The position numbers were made by a program, and so were the translations under genes. This document shows, piece after piece, positions 49,232 through 57,290 of a stretch of DNA of 57,290 nt (within the stretch, counting starts at the first letter, position 1; each line of letters begins with the position of its first letter). The notes under the pieces were generated by a model that made no database searches, had not been told where the DNA came from, and saw only the letters and a list, made by a program, of their open reading frames with translations. Origin of the DNA: an uncultured virus (IMG/VR IMGVR_UViG_3300045970_000330) (lineage: Duplodnaviria > Heunggongvirae > Uroviricota > Caudoviricetes); the IMG/VR virus record IMGVR_UViG_3300045970_000330. One strand, given 5' to 3'.

Positions 49232-50439
49232 ATGATGTTTTATCCCACAATCAAACACTCCCTCTTTAACGACACCTATACCGAGGAAATGCTTCGGGCT
49301 GCCAAGTATATGCTGGAGACAACCCGGTTCTTTCGGGCTGTCTCTGGCAGCGGGACAACTCCACGCAGCATTTACTATCTTCCCGAGCAATTCGCCATGT
49401 GGGAACAATCCCGGGGCACCAGTAAGTCTTTCGTAAAGTGGCTAGCACCCCTATTCACCAATGCTACGCCCAAGAATACTGCTGCTGTTATTTTCGGGAA
49501 AGACCCATCCCCCATTCAGATGCTCGGGGATCGCTCCGTCAGGGCTTACATCAGGCATCTGCTCTACGGGCAAGGATGGTCGATTGAGGCGGTATCTCAA
49601 CACTTGGTGGATCAGCATGGGTATCAATACACTAGCGCCCGCCCTATGATTCGTAGAATTGTAAGGGAAGAAGAAGCCAGCGGTAAATCATCCGCCTACT
49701 ACAAGGACAACGACGAACAATCCCTATTCCCTGAAGGTGTTATTCAACCTCAAGCATAAGGACCGCAACCATGAGCGTAGAACCACTTGAGCCCAAGGCT
49801 CCCATCGGAAAGCCCACCAAGATTACGGCTACCGACATCATCATTGAAACCATCGTAGATAATCCCCAGCTATTCAGTGGGCGCTGGTGGTCTATTGCCG
49901 CCCTTCGGGATGAGCTGATTCATGAATACGATCTGCTACGCCTTCAGAAAACCTATGGTGACATGATCAACGCTACCCAGGCGATCATCCACTCCATCAC
50001 GACTTGTGGGTGGATGGAATTGGACGGGGGCGCAGGCTTGGATTGCAAATTCAAGGTGCGCAATATGCCCCTGGTTAAGCCGGATAACGTCCGTGACTGC
50101 TACATCGTGATCGACCACTACCGGGATGTCATGCGGAACTGGAAGGATGTATGCCTTACCCTGCATGACACCAGCATGGTGCTGCGGTCCATGAAGATGT
50201 CAACGGAACAAGCGCAGGAAATGCTGAACAAATCAGTAGCATTGGCGGTTATGTATCGTAACCAAGCCAAGGTTTACTACGAGCAGCTGAAGGATAAGAA
50301 ATTGATTAAGGGTGAGTTCCACGATCCCAAACCTAAGGATGTTATGACGGTTATCGAAGATCCCAAGCATGTGATGCAAGTCTCCGAGTTGAAGGAATTA
50401 CACAGCCTGCTAGCCCACCAGGAGAACAGGAATGGTTGA
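49232..50439 (+). CDS. Two hypothetical genes (49232-49759 with possible HTH, 49771-50439)
   Basis: TTGACA at 49179 and GGAGG/AAGGA RBS. Confidence 0.75.
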
Positions 50440-51403
50440 CTACATCACTACCCTAAAGGGGCGCTGGAAAAAGAGTCACAGCATTAAGAAGCTTCCAATG
50501 CACCCCATTGAGAAAGACCCAGCCTTTGCGGAATACATTGGATACCTGAACTCTCCTGACACAGCTCGTTACGCTCTGCAAGGAATCCTAAGAGTGATGG
50601 CGCCCTGCACTTTGGGACAACTCACACCCCAGGCTGTAGACCACGCTATAGACAAGCTGACAGCTGATGGCTACAAAGCTTCCAGTGTGGATCGCTATAA
50701 ACGCATCTTGAAAGCGTTCCTGAAGTTCAGTCAGGAACGTGGGCACGTTAGTCGTAACGTGGCGGTGTCAGCTAAGAAAGTGGATACCCGGCAGGTTAAG
50801 AAGGCACGCCCCGCCCGGGTTCCTGATGAAATTAGGGATGCCCTGGACGCCCACTACCAGGATGCCTCCAAGTCAACCGTGGGTGAAATGTTCTTATGGG
50901 CTGCCATAAAGACAGGTCATCGAATCTCCGAAGTAGCGATGGCAGTAGCTGAGGACATTGTTCTTGAGCCCCTAGCAGGGGGCGGATACAAGCCATACAT
51001 TTGGTTGGGCACTAAGACTGACAAACGCTACGTAGCACTACCTCAGTGGGTTACTCCAGCTCTAATCTTCATTCTGGAGGCTGCTCATGGGGATGCCCGC
51101 TACCCGTTAGTTCATCTTCGGGGCACCCCGGTGGTGTTTGAACCCAAAACAAAGTCTACTCAGACGCTGCGTGCTGTGGAGGCTCGCAATATGTTCTATC
51201 GAACACAGATGGAGTTGTTCGGTAAGCACGTGGCTAACCCTCATGCTTTTCGATCCGATTTCATCAGTCGTGTGCTGCATGCCCACCCTGACTTCCTAAC
51301 TCTGGAAATGCTTGCCAAGCATTGCGGGCATAGCGCTGATGTTCTTCGTGAATACTATGCCGATCTCCTGGGTGCAGGTCCAGCCAACATTGAGGAAATC
51401 TAA
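50432..51403 (+). CDS. Tyrosine recombinase
   Basis: SAM-like N-domain and catalytic set TGHRISE, TKT, HAFR, GH and YY. Confidence 0.9.
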   Translation: MVDYITTLKGRWKKSHSIKKLPMHPIEKDPAFAEYIGYLNSPDTARYALQGILRVMAPCTLGQLTPQAVDHAIDKLTADGYKASSVDRYKRILKAFLKFSQERGHVSRNVAVSAKKVDTRQVKKARPARVPDEIRDALDAHYQDASKSTVGEMFLWAAIKTGHRISEVAMAVAEDIVLEPLAGGGYKPYIWLGTKTDKRYVALPQWVTPALIFILEAAHGDARYPLVHLRGTPVVFEPKTKSTQTLRAVEARNMFYRTQMELFGKHVANPHAFRSDFISRVLHAHPDFLTLEMLAKHCGHSADVLREYYADLLGAGPANIEEI

Positions 51404-51676
51404 TGGTAGAAAGACAAGTAACTCTCGATCCTGTTAGGCATGGAGGCTTGATGCGCTGCTGCCTACATACCCTACTTGAACTAACGGAGCATGCTTCTGA
51501 GGGTGATAACGTAGCCTGTAAATACTGCTCATCAATGATGATCTTCACTGCCCAGGCATGGGAGTGGAAACCGTAATGTATTACTGCTTGGCTGCATTTG
51601 TAGTGCTAATTGTAGTCCATGACTATACCAATCCCCTTCGTTCATATATGGATGAAGCCTTTGATCGGAAATACTA

Positions 51677-52072
51677 ATGAAACTCTACATCGCTGCACGC
51701 TATCCACGAAAAGAAGAAATGCGTAAAGCTGCGGCAAAACTTACGATTGCTGGGCATAAAATCACAGCATCATGGTTGGATGAAGCCCACGCCCTTGATG
51801 TGCAGCTCGATGAGATTAGTCCTAAAGACTTGCAGCGTATGGCTGAAACTGACATACGGGATATTCTCAGAGCGGATGCCCTAGTTTTCTTTGCCGAGGC
51901 ACCCACAGCAACCTACCCCCGTGGTGGAAGGCACGTGGAATTTGGGGTCGCGCTTGCCCTGGACAAACCCATTTATGTGATAGGCGAAGTGGAAGAAAAT
52001 ATCTTTCACTACCTTCCCCAAGTCGTATTGATCCCTAGCGTAGAGAAGCTGCTTCTAGCCCTTCGGTGGTAA
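51677..52072 (+). CDS. Nucleoside 2-deoxyribosyltransferase / nucleotide N-hydrolase family protein
   Basis: KLYIAA, DIRDILRADALV and GRHVEFGVALALDKPI. Confidence 0.8.
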   Translation: MKLYIAARYPRKEEMRKAAAKLTIAGHKITASWLDEAHALDVQLDEISPKDLQRMAETDIRDILRADALVFFAEAPTATYPRGGRHVEFGVALALDKPIYVIGEVEENIFHYLPQVVLIPSVEKLLLALRW

Positions 52073-52089
52073 CAAATAAGGGGGTAAGA

Positions 52090-54516
52090 ATGCTAGCTCA
52101 ACATTGGAACAAAGTTGTCTGCGCAGATTCCGAGACAGGGGATTGGCAACTAGGTAGGAAGTTCGAGTTCACCAGACTCATTCAATTCTCTGTGTTTGAA
52201 GATGATGTAATGCTTTCACATGCCATTATTGACTTGCATAAGGATGTGACCACCCCCAAAGATGCCGAGAACTTGGATTACTTGCGGGAACTTGCAGAGG
52301 GCGGCGCGCTGTTTATTTTCCAGTCACTTCAATATGATTTCCCCAGGCTATTGAAGTCTGTGGGCATCCGCATTACCCGCTTTCGTGATACCAAATTGTT
52401 GTCGCAGCTTGCACACTGCGGTATGGGTAGCCAACGGCATTCACTCAATGACATCCTGAAACGTGAGCTGGGTTTCGATCCTTACGAGGAAATCGGCAGG
52501 GACCGCATTGAGTCCGAAGCAAAAGGGCATCTAACCCATTGGTCGGATGCCCCCGAGCGCTGCCCCTTCCCCCGGGTTAACGCTCAGGGTGACACACTCT
52601 CAGAACAAGAAGCCTGCGATCTTTGGATCGCCCAGGAGGTATCTGCTACTAAGAAGCGACTACAGGCATCCGATTGGGCGCCCGCTGAGCTATCCAACGA
52701 GCAGTGGGAATACGCTGCGATGGATGTTAGTGAGCACTTCTATAAGGCGTGGCAGTGTTTAGAGAAAAAGATTGTGACTTTGGGTATGGAGAACTTAGCC
52801 GATTTGGAGCATCAGGTTCTGCCCGCTGTGATGGAAATGGAACACAACGGCATCAAGATGCACATGGACAAGTGGGATCAGTTGTTGCTGGATACCAAGA
52901 AGGAACTAGAAGAAACCGATGCCAGGATCATAGCTGTAGTGGATGTATGGGTCCAGGAACTGTATCCCAAGAAGTTCATGGTTACCCTCAAACGCAAAAA
53001 GCCTCGTGAGGGCACGCCTGAAGTTTGGTCCGCTGGGAAGCCCGCCCGATTCCATAAGCGTTCAGGTAAATGCCTAGCTGAAGCCCAGCCCCCTAAGCTA
53101 CTGAAACCAGAAGTGCCCGCGCAGCTCGTAGGTGACCTCTTAGCGCGTCAATCTACTCCCGAGCTATTCCCCTTGCTGGGCGTGTCCCAAGACCTCCTAG
53201 ACCTACAGGAAGGCGACTACAGGGTAGGTGCAGTTGTCTGGAAGGAGTTGGGTCTAACCACATCGGTGGATAACTACGAAAAGCATCAGTTCAACATTTC
53301 ATCCGCTAAGCAGATGCGGGCACTCATCAATGACATGATGGGCATTAGCTACAAGAAGCCAGATGGCACCAATGATGATGCCCTGTTGACGTTTTCTGAG
53401 CCTGTAATTAAGGACATGATTCGGGATGTAAACCGCAAGCTGGATGAGTCTACGGGAGCACATTCCCTATGCCTCGCACAGATCAAATGCTTACTTAACG
53501 ATCATCTGCTTGCGCAGGGATTGCGTAAGCTAGTGTCTACTTACGGCGAGTCCTACCAAAAGCATGCTGATGATTGTGGGTATATTCGGTCTAGTTTCCA
53601 AACTACCGCTACCTTCACAGGACGCATGTCTTCATCTGACCCTAATATTCAGAACATTCCCCGGGAGTGGCAATACGAACTTTTCTGCTGCGAGGCTGGT
53701 GAAGCTGTTGTCAGCTGTGACTATAGCAACATGGAAGGTCGCACGCTGTTCTACGTTACAGGTCAGATGGATGTTTACAATCGTTTGACTAACGGTATGG
53801 ATTTGCACTCGCTTTCAGCAAGTTTCATTTGTGGTAAACCTTATGACACTTTGGTTGAGCGCCTTCCGGGTGAGGCAAAGGATACCATTAAGTCCGAATA
53901 CAAAAAACTGAGGCAGACTGCGAAGGGGGTAACTTTTGCCCCCATGTTCGGAAGTGGTCCTAATAAGATCAGTGAGCTTCTGGATTGTTCCTATGACAAT
54001 GCTCGAAAATTCTTAAACCGCTATTGGGCAAATTACCCAATCACCAAACAGGTGTTGGACAGCCAGTTTGAATCAGCTGTTAACAATGGCTACATCACGG
54101 ATCTGTCCTTCGGGCGTAAGCGCTTCTTTGAAATGAATGATGACGATAGAGCTGCCTTGAACTTTGGGGATGATCGCATCAAGGTGCTGGGGCGCTGGAA
54201 AACAGAAGCCTACAACTACCCTGCACAAGCGGGCGGTGCGACATGTCTCAAAGTGGCACTAATCTCATTGTTCGAGTGGATCAAGCGTCACCCTGAAACC
54301 AAGACTGTTCTAAGGTTGTGCGTCCACGATTCTATTAAGGTCACGTGTGATCCTGCTTATGCCCCGTTTGTGGGTAACGAGATAGCCCGAATCATGGAGA
54401 ATGCAGCCGAATATGCACTCAATGGAGCCCGTGTTCCAGTTGATGTTGATATTCACTACGACAAAGCCGCACCTAGATCGTTTACCCACCGTAACCTCGC
54501 TGTCGCCGCAGCATAG
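52090..54516 (+). CDS. polA: Family A DNA polymerase with 3'-5' exonuclease
   Basis: Exo motifs DSET, YDF and YAAMD; TGRMSSSDPNIQNIP; motif A DYSNMEGR, motif B RQTAKGVTF, motif C VHDS. Confidence 0.95.
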   Translation: MLAQHWNKVVCADSETGDWQLGRKFEFTRLIQFSVFEDDVMLSHAIIDLHKDVTTPKDAENLDYLRELAEGGALFIFQSLQYDFPRLLKSVGIRITRFRDTKLLSQLAHCGMGSQRHSLNDILKRELGFDPYEEIGRDRIESEAKGHLTHWSDAPERCPFPRVNAQGDTLSEQEACDLWIAQEVSATKKRLQASDWAPAELSNEQWEYAAMDVSEHFYKAWQCLEKKIVTLGMENLADLEHQVLPAVMEMEHNGIKMHMDKWDQLLLDTKKELEETDARIIAVVDVWVQELYPKKFMVTLKRKKPREGTPEVWSAGKPARFHKRSGKCLAEAQPPKLLKPEVPAQLVGDLLARQSTPELFPLLGVSQDLLDLQEGDYRVGAVVWKELGLTTSVDNYEKHQFNISSAKQMRALINDMMGISYKKPDGTNDDALLTFSEPVIKDMIRDVNRKLDESTGAHSLCLAQIKCLLNDHLLAQGLRKLVSTYGESYQKHADDCGYIRSSFQTTATFTGRMSSSDPNIQNIPREWQYELFCCEAGEAVVSCDYSNMEGRTLFYVTGQMDVYNRLTNGMDLHSLSASFICGKPYDTLVERLPGEAKDTIKSEYKKLRQTAKGVTFAPMFGSGPNKISELLDCSYDNARKFLNRYWANYPITKQVLDSQFESAVNNGYITDLSFGRKRFFEMNDDDRAALNFGDDRIKVLGRWKTEAYNYPAQAGGATCLKVALISLFEWIKRHPETKTVLRLCVHDSIKVTCDPAYAPFVGNEIARIMENAAEYALNGARVPVDVDIHYDKAAPRSFTHRNLAVAAA

Positions 54517-54523
54517 GAGCACT

Positions 54524-57290
54524 ATGACCCGTAAACATGACGATCTCCCCTTCAAGTCCAGGACTCAGATTCGTGAGTTCTCTACACTCGCTGTGTATGA
54601 CACATATCTGAGGGGGGCAGCTGGGCAGATTTTCCGAGAGAACGTCAAGCTGGAACCCCTTGAGGGCTATCGCAAGACTGCCTTCTTTAGCAACCTAGGA
54701 TTGAAGGAAGATCCAGGTTTGGGCGTCACTGTCTTCCATAACGTGCGAGCTAAGGTTCATAAGGACACCGTAGCCTTTCACCCGGAAGCTGATCCCCATG
54801 GGGCTGAAATGATCTACATGACCATTCACGGTGTAACACAAGGCTATGTTGAGCCTTTGGACTAGGAGCATTTATGAAAACTTGGGATGTTTACCTCGCA
54901 CATACAGCTACGGAATATGTAGGCAATATCGAAGCAGCTACTGAAGACGAAGCAATTTCCAGGGCGTGTGCCATGTCACAAGCGCGGCTATGCCACAACT
55001 GCTCAGATCATCTGGATTTAGGGGATGTTGATTTCGATAATTCTGTAGCAGAAGAAAGGTAAACAATGACTATCAAATCGTTTTCCAAGGAATATCTACA
55101 GGCTGTTCTGTTTGGGGATGCCCCGGGCTTAGTTGAAACTTCAATCGTGGATACATCCAGGTGGAGTATCCATAAGAGCATGATTTTCAAAGCGGATGGG
55201 CTGCACTATGAGACTGGATATTCAGAAGGTGCTACGGAGCAGCAGGATGAGCGTCCCTTTGAGTTTGATGCCGATGAAATTGACTGTATTCAAGTAGAAG
55301 AAGTTTCAACTGTAGTGACGGTTTGGGTTCCGGTGCGAAAATGACAGGAGAATATGGCATAACTCTGAACCACTGCAACAGGGCATCCTGCACGCTGCTA
55401 GTTGATGCCCTGCAAGATAAGATCGTAGGACTAGAAAAAGGTTGGAGTGCGGCAAGCCAAACCATCCTACGGCTAGAAGCCAGGAACGACATACTGTATG
55501 CGGATCTGCATGACCGCAATAAGTCCTGGGAAGCGCTCAAAAATTTGCTGTCTCCCCCCGCACTAGAAGCTCGTGTCGCTCGACTCAAGGAAGCCCTTGA
55601 AATCCTATGCCCCTGTGAGTGTGAGCCCAATTCAACCATTAGGTGTTCCCGCTGCGCTGCGCTTTCCATCTGATCTTTTAACAAATTGCCACTATTTTCT
55701 AAAACTTCTGGTGGCAGTCGATTTTATCCAGGAGATACCTATGCCAGAACTTCGTGACTACCTAGCAGCAACGATGACAGTTCCAGTTGAAAAGGATGGC
55801 TGTATCCCACAAAGTATGGCTCTTTGGCTCATGGATACTCAGCCTCCAGATTGGGATGCACACCGCCTCCAAGCCTACAAGTGGTGGGCAGAAGCCGAGG
55901 CGAGGTTTCGATACCTCCGAGCCGATGCCATGCTCCGTGTCCGTGATGAAGTTCCCATCTAGCTTTTGCTCTGAGGATGCCCCATGACCGATGACCTAGA
56001 CCTCAAATACAATTCCGAGCCGATATGCCCCCATTGCGGTAAGACCTATGGCGATGCCTGGGAGATCAACTTTCATGGTGACATGGAGGGCTCAACCGAA
56101 ATTACCTGTGGAACCTGCGAACAGGATTTCTTCGTGGAGCGTAATATCGAGGTTACCTACACCACAGCCAAGATTCAGTTGAAAGACTGATACTCAGGAG
56201 ATACTCATGAAGGACTCAGAACTGTGGCTGCACGATGAAATTGAAGGGTTGAAGAATAGCCTAGAAGCCTCACAAGCCCGTGTAGAGGAATTGGAGATTG
56301 AAGTTAACCGTCAACACGAAGGGTGGACTGACTGTCACCAAGTTCTACAGGATGCCGCCTGTGAAGCCCAGCGCTACCGCAAAGCCCTTGAGGAAATCGC
56401 CAAGCATTCCGTATTCATGGCTGACGATGCCCCGGCGCTTGCCCGTGAAGCCCTCAACCCCACTAAGTATTGTCCATAACGAGGAACCAATGAGCACAGC
56501 AGACCAATGCAAGGTGTGTGGTAAATGGGTTCGACCCGCCCAAGCAGACCACGACTTCTGCCCACTTACGGAAAGACAGGCTTTGGAAGTAATGGCGGAA
56601 GCCTTGTGTAAGATCGCTCACCTGAACTCTATAGTCTGTCCCGAAGCGGTCAGCATCGCCGTGGATGCCATCGAATCAACCCATTACTACGAATTAAACT
56701 GATCTTGTCCAGGAGAACCCCATGGAACGCAACATACACATGGAGGCTTACAACGCCAAGCGGGTGAAGCAACTCGAAAAGATGCTCCGGTCCTGCCGCG
56801 ATGCGATGAAGTTCGCCCCCGGTCCTACCGACTGGTCACACATGGTCGAAGCCATCACCAAAGTCCTGAAACCGTAAATGTCCAGGAGCCATCATGGAAA
56901 CTCAGGTTATTGAGAACGGTAAGACCATTGCCATTCAAGCATTACAATGGTGCATTTTTAATAATGATGCAACTAAGGCAGGTGCCGCGAGAGCAGCAAT
57001 CATGACCCTGTTTGGTAAAGAAGTGGATGCAGCTATTGTCCTTGAATTTCAGAAATCACTCTAGCCTAGGAGAACCCATGCCCTACTCCCTACCCTCACA
57101 CTGTGAGCCCCTTGATGGCATTGAAGGCATATGTCAGGATTGTGCTAAAGCCTTGCTGGTTCGTGTTGCTGAGCTATCTGAAGTGGCTAGCGGGAACCGT
57201 TTGCGGGTATTGCAGCAGCGTAATCACTATCGTGATGCCCTTGAACGCATCATGTTGAACTCCAATACGAACATTCCTGCTCTAGTCATT
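54524..57290 (+). CDS. Array of small hypothetical genes (54524-54865, 54874-55062, 55066-55344, 55341-55673, 55741-55962, 55984-56190, 56207-56479, 56490-56702, 56722-56877, 56894-57064, 57078->end)
   Basis: Most have AGGAG/GAGG RBS; several Zn-ribbons and coiled coils; TGTCCA at three junctions. Confidence 0.75.

Larger units (their letters stand above)
3528..52075 (+). promoter_or_regulatory. Dispersed GGTGGTAACA(A) motif, putative phage-specific promoter
   Basis: 3528, 5485, 6270, 7084, 7556, 11512, 16092, 16381, 18203 and 52065, with variants at 2520, 2771, 11992 and minus-strand 2179-2188. Each lies shortly upstream of a gene or RNA array in sense orientation. Confidence 0.85.
5465..54980. 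promoter_or_regulatory. Operator family 2: 14-bp palindrome TGTGACWWGTCACA (0-2 mismatches), about 15 copies
   Basis: 5465, 10659, 16784, 19540, 22572, 26203, 28440, 30325, 33422, 35621, 40709, 44043, 46809, 48356 and 54967. Confidence 0.75.

Noticed and set aside
50432..51403. Prophage integrase with att site or host junction
   Set aside because: No host genes or att duplication are visible; the recombinase's role (resolution, integration or cassette shuffling) is undetermined.
3571..54516. Inteins or self-splicing introns in nrdJ or polA
   Set aside because: Reading frames are continuous and no intein splice-junction motifs were seen; the PolA insert lacks them.
1..57290. Stop-codon reassignment
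   Set aside because: Conserved genes are intact under code 11, end in all three stops, and no suppressor tRNA is present.

Overview
This is a 57 kb segment of a large tailed dsDNA bacteriophage genome read with the standard genetic code; the host cannot be identified from this window. A leftward packaging block (1-2.2 kb) contains a terminase large subunit that the ORF track missed. An AT-rich divergent junction follows, then a rightward block (2.5-22 kb) with a ClpP-like protease, class II RNR, an NYN RNase, a roughly 4.7 kb RNA cluster, SpeD, RlpA, an Rnl1 RNA ligase, a phosphoesterase, a CYTH protein and a dNMP kinase. The RNA cluster holds 5 tRNAs plus many aberrant tRNA-like and structured RNAs. 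Many genes in this block are preceded by a conserved GGTGGTAACAA motif. At about 22.6-25.1 kb the strand composition flips and a 2.2 kb tract is written in a very small oligonucleotide vocabulary, yet it still encodes three RBS-led ORFs; it may mark the genome end. The 25-50 kb region looks early-expressed, with host-type TTGACA promoters, two palindromic operator families, many small ORFs, a MoxR/vWA pair, two ParB/DndB-fold paralogues, RuvB and a sigma-like factor. A tyrosine recombinase, family A DNA polymerase and more small ORFs close the window. The best candidates for undescribed biology are the tRNA-mimic array with its RNA cutting/repair enzymes, the motif-saturated tract, and small-gene cassette arrays whose junctions carry TGTCCA. 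All calls come from reading motifs by eye; no searches were run.
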